A stretch of DNA of 32,000 nt, from the NCBI RefSeq assembly GCF_900232105.1, contig NZ_LT934425.1, forward strand, positions 3,180,001 to 3,212,000, written 5' to 3'. The notes beneath the pieces were generated by a model, which did not search any database, was not told where the DNA came from, and saw only the letters and a program-made list of their open reading frames with translations. This stretch comes from Candidatus Kuenenia stuttgartensis. GTDB lineage: Bacteria; Planctomycetota; Brocadiia; Brocadiales; Brocadiaceae. Below, piece by piece: positions 1 to 7,842 of the stretch. Numbering within the stretch: the first letter of the stretch is position 1; every line of letters starts with the position of its first letter. The position numbers and the translations under genes are program-made.

Positions 1-1
1 T

Positions 2-343
2 TCACAGGCGGGAGCAGATGCCGTCATCATTGTCTCTGAAAACAAGATGGGTCTTTTTCGGACGACGCAAAAAAGGGTTCTATTAAAGGAAATGGTGGAA
101 ACCTATCTCAGGGATTTCGATATAATAATACTTGAAGGATATAAGACAGAACCCATTCCCAAAATAGAAGTCTTTAGGACAGAGAACGGCGATCAGATGG
201 TGTGCCGGGATGATGAACATTTAATTGCTGTAATAGGTGATAAAGACCCAATAATGAATGTACCTTATTTGCATATTGATGCGGATGTTCGAAAGATTGT
301 GGATTTTATTATGTCATATCTGAAAATAAATGTATCTGTATAA
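2..343 (+). CDS. mobB: Molybdopterin-guanine dinucleotide biosynthesis adaptor protein MobB, C-terminal part (5' end outside window)
   Basis: The frame is open from nt 2 with no stop before 343. The translation SQAGADAVIIVSENKMGLF...DIIILEGYKTEPIPKIEVFR matches the C-terminal half of MobB (EG[FY]K..PKI.V.R signature). Confidence 0.7.
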   Translation, partial: SQAGADAVIIVSENKMGLFRTTQKRVLLKEMVETYLRDFDIIILEGYKTEPIPKIEVFRTENGDQMVCRDDEHLIAVIGDKDPIMNVPYLHIDADVRKIVDFIMSYLKINVSV

Positions 344-409
344 AACCCTGCAACAGCCTGCATAAATTACCCACGGCAGGTTCAGAAAGAGCGGAAGGAC
401 AAAATCAAT

Positions 410-919
410 ATGAACAAAAGTAAAACAATCTGGTTTCTTATTGTGATAATAGCGGTTATTTGTTTCACATCGCAAAAAAGGGGAACGGCTGAAATGCCCG
501 GCATAAATGAAAAAATAAATGCGCAGAGATTATGGGAGTATATGACAAAAGAAAATCCCTACAAATGCTATCCGGCATGGCCAGGTAAAGAGGGCATTTA
601 TGAGAGCACTATGCCTCCCGGTGATATTCTGCGGCTGTATATAAACGACCTTGCCCTGGATACCGTTGTCAACAAAAAGAGAATATTTCCCAACGGCTCT
701 CTCCTGATAAAAGAAATCTATACAGAAGAAAATAAGTTGTCTTTGCTTACCGTGATGTATAAAGAGAAGGGATTTAATCCGCAAGGAAATGATTGGTACT
801 GGGTAAAATACGGCCACGATGGGGAAGTTAAATTGGAAGGAAGGGTCGGGCTATGTATAGAATGCCATGTGGGCGTTGCAGATAATGACTATGTATTCAC
901 GGGAAGTATAAAGAAATAA
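410..919 (+). CDS. Secreted mono-haem c protein, cytochrome P460 family
   Basis: N-terminal signal/TM segment (IWFLIVIIAVICF). Single C-terminal CXXCH (CIECH). The pattern LYINDLA...FPNGSLLIKE...MYKEKGFNP.GNDWYWVKY...DYVFTG is typical of the cytochrome P460 fold family (PF16694), recognised from memory. Confidence 0.7.
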   Translation: MNKSKTIWFLIVIIAVICFTSQKRGTAEMPGINEKINAQRLWEYMTKENPYKCYPAWPGKEGIYESTMPPGDILRLYINDLALDTVVNKKRIFPNGSLLIKEIYTEENKLSLLTVMYKEKGFNPQGNDWYWVKYGHDGEVKLEGRVGLCIECHVGVADNDYVFTGSIKK

Positions 920-1058
920 AAAGCGTGAATGGTAACGTTAATATTAATCAAACCAATGAAATAAGGCATTCTCGATCTTTGAACAAAACTCGTTGGTTAG
1001 TAAGAATTAGAATTAAACCACACAGTGTAACTATTCAGCGTAAGCGATACACGGCTCG

Positions 1059-1080
1059 TTCCCAAACTCCAGTTTGGGAA
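1059..1080. repeat. Perfect hairpin TTCCCAAAC-TCCA-GTTTGGGAA (9-bp stem, 4-nt loop)
   Basis: Read directly from the sequence. It lies in the gap between the convergent P460 (+) and PIG-L (-) genes. No T-tract follows, so it is not a classical intrinsic terminator. The spurious ORF 925-1122 translates across it. Confidence 0.5.
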
Positions 1081-1174
1081 TGCATTTGTTCAAGAAACTC
1101 CGGTTTCTCGCCCGTTTGCTGATAGATAGGGAATAAAATCACAGGGTTAAGACAGTTTGTAATTTGTCAAGTTT

Positions 1175-1861
1175 TTAAAGGATATCGCGTATATCCTTCA
1201 GGCCTATTGGTTCGTGGCTCGCAAATGGTTCTCCGTAGTCAACGTGAATAAGGCCTCCATAATAACCGTTCCTTTCCTTAATCATCGTGCTGATGTATTT
1301 CCACCTGGCAGCATCGTACACAAACTGTGATTGATACACGCGCATACTATCGAGTTTTCGTACAAATTCATTGCTTATATCTAAAATAAACGATGGATTG
1401 ATAGTTACATTTAAGTGATAGCAGAAATAATAAAAGATGTGTGATGGATAGAATGGTTCTCCCGGAATTTCTGACTTGCTGAGCTTTGCATAAAAACGGG
1501 ATGCCTCTCCGATTTTAGATGCTTGAACGTGGTCAGGATGGGCGTCAACCCAGTAAGGCAAAAATACAATCTCCGGGCGTATTTTACGGATTACCCCGGC
1601 GACTTCTTTGCGAACTTCTATGCCGTCCATAAGATAACGGTTGGGGAATTTTAATACCGTTCTGCTCTTTATTCCCAGCAGATTTGAAGAACGCTCCCAC
1701 TCTTCTTTCCGTGTTTCAATGCTACCATATGGGGTGGGCTCACCGTTTGTCAGATCAACAATGTGAACGTCGTAACCAAGCGAAACAAATTTAAGAATAC
1801 TTCCGCCCATACCTATTTCCACATCATCAGGATGTGGTCCAATGGCAAGAATCGTAGACAT
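1175..1861 (-). CDS. PIG-L/LmbE family deacetylase (BshB1-like)
   Basis: 228 aa. N-terminal AIGPHPDDVEIGMGGSI zinc-binding motif and an internal HPDH, as in the PIG-L family. Confidence 0.8.
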   Translation of the reverse strand: MSTILAIGPHPDDVEIGMGGSILKFVSLGYDVHIVDLTNGEPTPYGSIETRKEEWERSSNLLGIKSRTVLKFPNRYLMDGIEVRKEVAGVIRKIRPEIVFLPYWVDAHPDHVQASKIGEASRFYAKLSKSEIPGEPFYPSHIFYYFCYHLNVTINPSFILDISNEFVRKLDSMRVYQSQFVYDAARWKYISTMIKERNGYYGGLIHVDYGEPFASHEPIGLKDIRDIL

Positions 1862-1942
1862 ATTATGGCCCTTTAAAAATTATCGGTAGAGAAACAGATT
1901 CAGAGATAACAATAGTACCTTAAAAGTTATTTATTTACAGTA

Positions 1943-2205
1943 TTTGGCAAAATATTTAATGGTGAAATCCGAAATGCTAAATACGAAACCCGAAACAAAT
2001 TCCAAAATCTTCCCCTTATCCCCCTCCAAGGGGAGAATGTTCCCCGCTTGCGGGGGTGCAAGGGGTGGTTGTCCCCCTTTGGAGTGGGGTCGGGGAGGAT
2101 TTTGGAATTTGTTTCGTATTTCACGCTTCGTATTTTTTATCTCGTGTTTGTTTGGTTCAGGCTATGCCAGCATAGGGTACGACAATTTTCGGAAAATATT
2201 GCCAC
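1943..2205. repeat. Family-1 intergenic palindromic element, copy 1 (TACGAAA-rich arms plus GC-rich core)
   Basis: Inverted arms GAAACAAATTCCAAAAT (1993-2009) and ATTTTGGAATTTGTTTC (2099-2115). Outer TTTGGCAAAATATT / AATATTGCCAC ends. The conserved 44-bp module TTCGTATTTTTTATCTCGTGTTTGTTTGGTTCAGGCTATGCCAG sits at 2127-2170. ORFs 1927-2124 and 1944-2213 are translations of this repeat. Confidence 0.6.
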
Positions 2206-2267
2206 TTATGTAAAGTCATAACCACCACTTGATTCCATGCCTTGAAAAATAGGGCAGGGAATGGCTA

Positions 2268-3638
2268 TTATTCCGTTTCAAATTTTCCTTCTTTATGGGT
2301 GTATTTCGGGTTGTCAAGTTCTGCTGATCTGAGAATAAATTCGGTGTCTGAAATTTTAGTGTACCAATGCCCGGTTACCCTTGCAGTATTTGTCAGGATA
2401 ATAAAGAAACCGACCAACATCGCTGCATACAGCCAATAGTTAATCTTTTTCCTTTTTCCTGCAAGTTTCATATCCAATGCGCCGTTTACCGGGCAAACAT
2501 TGACACAATCGTAACATGCAAGACATTCATGGGTGAGAACGTGGTCCTTCTTTTCAACGACAATATATGACGGGCATGCCTTCGTGCATTTTCCGCAATC
2601 AATACATTTTTCTTTGTCCCTGGTTATTGTAAAAGGGCTTATGTATGCAAGGATGCCGAGAATGGCGCCATACGGACAAAAAAATCTGCACCAAAAATTC
2701 TTGCTTACTACCGATAGCATCAAAAAAACAAGCACCACAACAAGGCCAATACCTGACAGATTAACAAAAAACTTTAACATCTTTATATCGGCGACCCGCA
2801 TAAAAGGCGCACGTTCGTATAAAACTTCCAGTTGCTCAACAGGTATTTTTATAACAACCATCTGTAGGAAAAAGGCGAGGATTGAATATTTCCATGCCCT
2901 TGCAATGCAGTCATTTACTTTATCAGACCAATATTTTCGCGGAACGGCGAAAGGCAGGATCATTGCAACAATAAAGGCAGGGATCAGTTCCCTGAAGAAA
3001 GGGGATTTGAAAAACTCCATAGTGATGACTTCCAGGAGCATTAAAATGATAATGGGGGTAAAAACCAGACTCAGCCCTGCCGTAAAACGGGTAGGGATAT
3101 TACGTATTAAGGAACTGACCCGCCTGGGGAGTTTGTTCAAAAATAAATCGCCAAGTTTCCACTCCCATTCAGAAATAGTGCCAACGGGACACATCCAACT
3201 GCAAAAACCCCTTCTAAAAAAAACGGCCATCAACAACAATGTTCCAAAAATAACAAACCCTGCAGGGTGGATGTCATTAATTTTGCCTGTTCCGAAAAAG
3301 TACTTTGTCCCCATAAGAGCGCTTATCGGCAGGAATGATTCAACTCCTGGCGGCCTTGGCAGATAAAATCCTTTCCCGCCCGCCTCACAATATGCAACAA
3401 AGGTATAAAATTGCCAGCCAATGACAATAACTAAAATTAAAAATGCTATCTGAACAGACCAGCGCAGCTTTTGAGAAGTGAATTTTTTGCGCTTTCGCTG
3501 CCCCCTTTTTGTAGTGTCAAAACAAATATCTGCACTCTTCGTTACTTTTATAGTTTCGGTTGTTGAATACCATTGTTTCACCTCTTCCAAACAGCAAGCC
3601 TCCCTTAATTGTGATCTTTTAATATAAAAATGCCTCAT
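2268..3638 (-). CDS. Membrane-bound polyferredoxin (NapH/MauN/YccM-like 4Fe-4S binding protein)
   Basis: Multiple TM helices. CxxxCP-type motifs GFCSWMCPVG and FWCRFFCPYG, plus two ferredoxin motifs CIDCGKCTKACP and CLACYDCVNVCP. The ATG at 3636-3638 lies inside the ISL3 terminal repeat. The native start is more likely TTG 3588-3590, preceded by AGGGAGG at 3600-3606. Confidence 0.75.
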   Translation of the reverse strand: MRHFYIKRSQLREACCLEEVKQWYSTTETIKVTKSADICFDTTKRGQRKRKKFTSQKLRWSVQIAFLILVIVIGWQFYTFVAYCEAGGKGFYLPRPPGVESFLPISALMGTKYFFGTGKINDIHPAGFVIFGTLLLMAVFFRRGFCSWMCPVGTISEWEWKLGDLFLNKLPRRVSSLIRNIPTRFTAGLSLVFTPIIILMLLEVITMEFFKSPFFRELIPAFIVAMILPFAVPRKYWSDKVNDCIARAWKYSILAFFLQMVVIKIPVEQLEVLYERAPFMRVADIKMLKFFVNLSGIGLVVVLVFLMLSVVSKNFWCRFFCPYGAILGILAYISPFTITRDKEKCIDCGKCTKACPSYIVVEKKDHVLTHECLACYDCVNVCPVNGALDMKLAGKRKKINYWLYAAMLVGFFIILTNTARVTGHWYTKISDTEFILRSAELDNPKYTHKEGKFETE

Positions 3639-5012
3639 CCGCAGAATCTGTGGGTAAGTATTGGTTCCGGCAAATTACCAAGAGTATGATACAAGGCTGT
3701 TTGCAGGCATTCCAGAGATTTATAACCATAAGCCTTTCTCATAGTCAGTTTCGCCTTAAGGTTAAACCCCTCAACCGTACCGGAAGAAAGTCTGCCATCA
3801 GCCTTGAACCAGTTGAGAATGAGCTGCTTGTGATTGCGCAACATCTTTGCCACTTTTTTCATAGGTTCCAGGTTGGTTTTTAGGGTTCTCGTAATCCAGT
3901 TCTCGAGAAACCTGTCTGCATACGCCGGATACTTATACTCCCAAAAACGCTGAAAATCTTCACGCATTAAATATGCCTTTATTGAACTCAGGTTGATCTT
4001 AACTATCTGGCTTAACCGTACCGTTTGCTTTTCTGTCAAGTTCTCAGGCCTTTTCAACAGTAACCAACGGCTCTTTTCCAAAACATTGTCTGTGCCTTCA
4101 TCCTTGAGCTTTTTGACCTCTTCCCTCCGTATCTGGTCTATGGCTTCATTGAATTTCTTCATGATGTGGAAACGGTCAAGAATATTAAGCGCCTGGGAAG
4201 CCTTCTTCGCTATCACCTTCAGGTACGGCGACCACATATCGCTGCAAACGAATTTGATTCTCAGACAACGTTCTCTACCTAACTCCATGAAAAACTTCAG
4301 CAGGGTCTTTGCCTTCCGCTCAGGGCCACTCCATAAAAGCCTTTTGGCATGCGAATCAAGCTGATATACAAGGGTTAAATACTTGTGGCCACTCCAGACT
4401 TGTATCTCGTCTATTCCTATTTCCGTTATATTCTCCAAGTCCCTGTGGGCAAGGCCGTAGGCAACTACAAACTGCACTGCCCTATACACACTGTCCCAAC
4501 TGGACTTGAATATCTCGGCTGTCTCTTTCCAACTCAGGCGTTTAGCCCATCGAGACAGGAATACCTTGTATGTGGTGGTCATCTGCTCCTTACCTTCTGA
4601 CCAGGGAATTCGCTCTACATGGATTCCGTCCACTGGACAGGCGGCGCGTCGCGGGGAATATCGGAAAAATACTTGAAACCCCCATAATGGCGGATACTCG
4701 TATAACCGGGACGGCTGTGTATCATACCCAGACGCTCTCTTCCCACATACTGAACATTCAGGCTTGGCATTTACCCTCGGCTTTATATCTGCTACTAATG
4801 CCTTTCTACCATTTATGACCTCGAAACTGACTGCTTTGTAAACAAATGACTTGAAATTCTCTACCGTATTTAATAATGTCTTTATCTGCATTGCCTCTCC
4901 TTTTGGGTTAAGATGCTTTCTTGATAAAAAACATCTTACTCCCTTTGGGATGGCAATGCACCTTTTCTCTTACTAATCCTTACTTATTACCCACAGATTC
5001 TGCGGACGAGCC
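3632..5012 (-). mobile_element. ISL3-family insertion sequence, complete, with 8-bp target-site duplication
   Basis: Terminal inverted repeats 3632-3657 (GCCTCATCCGCAGAATCTGTGGGTAA) and 4987-5012 (reverse complement GGCTCGTCCGCAGAATCTGTGGGTAA). These include a 19-bp perfect core and begin with the GGCTC typical of ISL3 ends. Identical flanking ATAAAAAT at 3624-3631 and 5013-5020. Single transposase ORF. Confidence 0.85.
3635..4891 (-). CDS. ISL3 family transposase
   Basis: 418 aa. N-terminal zinc-finger-like CSVCG...CPVDG. DDE_Tnp_ISL3-like core (IDEIQVWSGHKYLTLVYQLD...VCSDMWSPY...ILDRFHIMKKFNEAIDQIRREE). Confidence 0.9.
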   Translation of the reverse strand: MQIKTLLNTVENFKSFVYKAVSFEVINGRKALVADIKPRVNAKPECSVCGKRASGYDTQPSRLYEYPPLWGFQVFFRYSPRRAACPVDGIHVERIPWSEGKEQMTTTYKVFLSRWAKRLSWKETAEIFKSSWDSVYRAVQFVVAYGLAHRDLENITEIGIDEIQVWSGHKYLTLVYQLDSHAKRLLWSGPERKAKTLLKFFMELGRERCLRIKFVCSDMWSPYLKVIAKKASQALNILDRFHIMKKFNEAIDQIRREEVKKLKDEGTDNVLEKSRWLLLKRPENLTEKQTVRLSQIVKINLSSIKAYLMREDFQRFWEYKYPAYADRFLENWITRTLKTNLEPMKKVAKMLRNHKQLILNWFKADGRLSSGTVEGFNLKAKLTMRKAYGYKSLECLQTALYHTLGNLPEPILTHRFCG

Positions 5013-5023
5013 ATAAAAATAAA

Positions 5024-5150
5024 GTAGGGTCGAAGTATTTGCCCGTTTGGGTATGAACGCATTTATGACAATTTACAGCGAATGCTTCGCCCCCACACTA
5101 TGCTGCAAACAGCGCTATTATTAGAATTTTTCAAAAGACTAAAGTGTTAT
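5024..5150. repeat. Family-2 palindromic element, copy A (hairpin core plus right terminus only)
   Basis: GTAGGGTCGAAGTATTTGCC...GCGAATGCTTCGCCCCCAC hairpin with a ~35-nt loop insert, followed by TTTTTCAAAAGACTAAAGTGTTAT. Lies downstream of the DUF296 gene stop (5219, minus strand). Confidence 0.6.
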
Positions 5151-5218
5151 AAAATTATGATAATCGAAATCAACCTTTATCTGCAAGTATTTTGATTTTG
5201 CATACTGCAGTAAGGAGG

Positions 5219-5656
5219 TTAACAAATCTTCAGCAGGGACATTCCCAGCGCCGGGTCAAATTCACGTACTGCATCTATTCCACAGAGTTCTAAAATAACA
5301 ACTTCAAGCACAAGGAATGTTTCAGTTTTTTCCCTGAGACAACCAACTTTTACCGCATCACCCTTTCCGAATGCGCCATGCAAATGAACCTTTGGTTCCT
5401 CTCCCTGATAAAATACTGTGCCAAAACCCACTACTTCATGGCTTTCTCCAAGTTCTCTCCACATGGGCACCGGCGGGAGTGTATCGCTTTCAGCACCGAC
5501 GACAAATTTACCTTCACGCATACCACCAACTAAATAAAGGACTGCTGCCAGGATTTTCTCCTTTTTTATTATGTGAATCACATTTTTCAACACATCTTCA
5601 CCGTCCTCAAATTTGGCGACAACAACTTTTCCTATATTGCCAACACGGTATTTCAT
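5219..5656 (-). CDS. PPC (DUF296) domain protein
   Basis: 145 aa. FEDGEDVLKNVIHIIKKEKILAAVLYLVGGMREGKF...HEVVGFGTV...KVHLHGAFG..D..VKVGCL...LEVVILEL follows the PPC/DUF296 profile (PF03479), recognised from memory. Confidence 0.65.
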   Translation of the reverse strand: MKYRVGNIGKVVVAKFEDGEDVLKNVIHIIKKEKILAAVLYLVGGMREGKFVVGAESDTLPPVPMWRELGESHEVVGFGTVFYQGEEPKVHLHGAFGKGDAVKVGCLREKTETFLVLEVVILELCGIDAVREFDPALGMSLLKIC

Positions 5657-5741
5657 ACAAACATTTTCCTCCCTACATTAAAAAATGCGTCAAGTTTTGC
5701 CAAATTACAAAAAGCAATGATAAAAATGTAAATTAATCTAA

Positions 5742-7800
5742 CCCCCTTTCCGGAAAGATTTCAACAAAATCCTTATTTTAAGCGGGTTTCCACAAATTCA
5801 AAATAATATGTAGTCGCAGAATAAATGGCCTATTTATTAATACAAATCCTTTATAACCCTATAAATACTGACTTGACAAAATATTTTATTAATGATAGTG
5901 TAGTCAAAGAATATTGGGACTACATTATGCACCTTACTTATAGCGATTCTAAATACAAAGGGAAAACCTATAAATCTTACTCTATTGCCGAATCCTACAG
6001 GGATGGCAAAAAGGTCAGAAAAAGAATACTTTGGCCCATCGGGAAACTTTCCGATATTCAAGCCGAGCAAATCAAACTGATATGTAAAACAGTTGAAAAC
6101 ACAGATCAATTGCAGACTCAGCTCAAAGACGTTGCAGTCCTGGAAAGCAGGGCATATCTCGATATAGCCGTTGTTAATGAGTTGTGGAACCAGTGGCAGC
6201 TTGATCAGGCTTTTGACTACGATGTCACTGCAGGCGCCCTTCCTACCAATATGATTGCAAAGATACTGACTATTAACAGGTGCACCGATCCGTGTTCTCA
6301 TTATTCCATTCCTCATTGGGCGAAAAAGAGCGCGCTGGAGGACATTCTTAAAATTGATCTTTCAGGCCTAAATGACGATAAAATCTATTATGAATTAGAT
6401 AAAATACACAAAAACAAAATATCTATAGAGAACCACCTTTTTAACCAAACCTTCTGGAAACGTCCGGAATCCTATAAATTTATCAACTACGACCTAACTA
6501 CTTCCTACTTTGTGGGATATAACTGTGATCTATCGGCATTTGGCAAGGGCAAAATAGAGTGTCATGGCAGGCGGCAGGTCTTACTGGGTGTTCTTATCAA
6601 CTCTGAGGGATATCCTTTCAAATGGGATGTATTCCCCGGGAACACCGCTGAGGTAAAAACCCTCAAACAGAATATCAATGCCTGTAAAACCAGATTCAAA
6701 TTGACTGATAAAAACGTCACCCTTGTATTTGACAGAGGCATAATCTCTGAGGACAATGCCAATTTGATAGAAGAAGCCAAACTCAAATACATCTCGGCAT
6801 TGGATAGAAATCAGATACCCTCTTGCGGTGTCAGTTTAAAGTCTCTTAATGGGTTATCCATAGAAGATAAGGACGCCTCCGATATACCTATCCCGCAAGG
6901 GTTTTTAAACTATGATGATGAATTATACTACCATGACAATGGCGTCATAGGAAACAAGCGTTTTATTACCGGTTTTAATCCCACTTTATTTATAGAAGAC
7001 CGCAATAATAGAGACGAGAAAATAACCTTTTTTAAGGATTATCTCAAAGAAGAGAATAAAAACCTTAAAAATGCCCAAAGAGACCGGCAATATGACGCAA
7101 CAAAGAGCCGCATTGTAGATGAGCTGAAAAGGTTAAAGATTCATAAATATTTCGAAGACCCTGTTCTGACGTCCATCACCGTTACCCATAGACTGAAAAA
7201 CGGGCAGGTCAAATCCGTCAAAAGTTTCAAAATAGAAATCAAGCTGTTAACTGATGTTATAGCCGCAGATAGATTGTTGGATGGCGTATGTGTTTTTATC
7301 ACTAACCATACAGAACGGGAAGATGGAGGTGCGTTTAAAGCAAAACCCCAATCTATAGTTAGAGCCTATCGGGACAAGACAAAAATAGAAGATGTCTTTA
7401 AAAATGTAAAATCGTTCTTAAAAATCAGGCCCTTCTTTGTCAATACCGAGGCACATGTTAAAGCCGTCTATACTATCTGCATCCTGGCATATTTTATAAA
7501 CCGTTATCTATCAAACCAACGAAAGGCAATAGGAGAAAAAGATTTTTTAAACTCAAAGGAACTCTATGCGCCGTTCAAAGATATAGATATCGCCACTCTT
7601 GAGGCTAAAAATACCGGTGAAACCTTAAAGAAAGCCGTGAAACTTCCCGCCGTCACACAAATGCTATTGGAAAAACTTGGAATGTCCAATGTTGTTTTCG
7701 GCCAGTAATTAAAAGACTTCCAAAAGACATGTAGTCGCAGAATCAATGTTTATAAGTGTTTGCCAAATTTGACTTTAGTAATTTCTTTCCGGAACATGGG
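5742..7800 (+). mobile_element. IS1634-family (IS4 superfamily) insertion sequence with 6-bp target-site duplication
   Basis: Imperfect terminal inverted repeats CCCCCTTTCCGGAAAGATTTCAACAAAATC (from 5742) and, as reverse complement, CCCATGTTCCGGAAAGAAATTACTAAAGTC (ending 7800), with an 11-bp perfect core TTCCGGAAAGA. Identical ATCTAA at 5736-5741 and 7801-7806. Single large DDE transposase ORF. Confidence 0.7.
5825..7708 (+). CDS. IS1634 family DDE transposase
   Basis: 627 aa. The N-terminal YKGKTYKSYSIAESYRDGKKVRKRILWPIGKL motif is characteristic of IS1634-type transposases. A long C-terminal DDE region is present. The true start may be Met35 (nt 5927). Confidence 0.8.
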   Translation: MAYLLIQILYNPINTDLTKYFINDSVVKEYWDYIMHLTYSDSKYKGKTYKSYSIAESYRDGKKVRKRILWPIGKLSDIQAEQIKLICKTVENTDQLQTQLKDVAVLESRAYLDIAVVNELWNQWQLDQAFDYDVTAGALPTNMIAKILTINRCTDPCSHYSIPHWAKKSALEDILKIDLSGLNDDKIYYELDKIHKNKISIENHLFNQTFWKRPESYKFINYDLTTSYFVGYNCDLSAFGKGKIECHGRRQVLLGVLINSEGYPFKWDVFPGNTAEVKTLKQNINACKTRFKLTDKNVTLVFDRGIISEDNANLIEEAKLKYISALDRNQIPSCGVSLKSLNGLSIEDKDASDIPIPQGFLNYDDELYYHDNGVIGNKRFITGFNPTLFIEDRNNRDEKITFFKDYLKEENKNLKNAQRDRQYDATKSRIVDELKRLKIHKYFEDPVLTSITVTHRLKNGQVKSVKSFKIEIKLLTDVIAADRLLDGVCVFITNHTEREDGGAFKAKPQSIVRAYRDKTKIEDVFKNVKSFLKIRPFFVNTEAHVKAVYTICILAYFINRYLSNQRKAIGEKDFLNSKELYAPFKDIDIATLEAKNTGETLKKAVKLPAVTQMLLEKLGMSNVVFGQ

Positions 7801-7842
7801 ATCTAATGCATTTATCCTGTTCATTCCTGTTTCTGTTTTGTG

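Noticed and set aside
925-1122. 65-aa ORF downstream of the P460 gene
   Set aside because: It has no RBS, a low-complexity basic sequence, and reads across the 1059-1080 hairpin. It is most likely non-coding.
1927-2213. ORFs 1927-2124 (-) and 1944-2213 (+), 65 and 89 aa
   Set aside because: They lie entirely within family-1 repeat copy 1. The peptides are low-complexity translations of the palindrome and GC-rich core, and similar pseudo-peptides recur wherever the repeat occurs.
2533-3366. 277-aa antisense ORF inside the polyferredoxin gene, and similar long antisense ORFs (e.g. 12295-12729, 27120-27536, 30143-30691)
   Set aside because: These are shadow ORFs opposite well-supported genes with clear domain signatures. 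They have no motifs of their own.
4995-5004. Shared GATTCTGCG string between the ISL3 terminal repeat and the reverse complement of the IS1634 internal 20-bp repeat (7729-7748)
   Set aside because: The shared string is only 9 nt. It is too short to distinguish from chance, and the two IS families have no known relationship.
3632-7800. Composite transposon formed by the two IS elements
   Set aside because: The elements belong to different families (ISL3 and IS1634) with unrelated ends, and each has its own target-site duplication. They are independent insertions.
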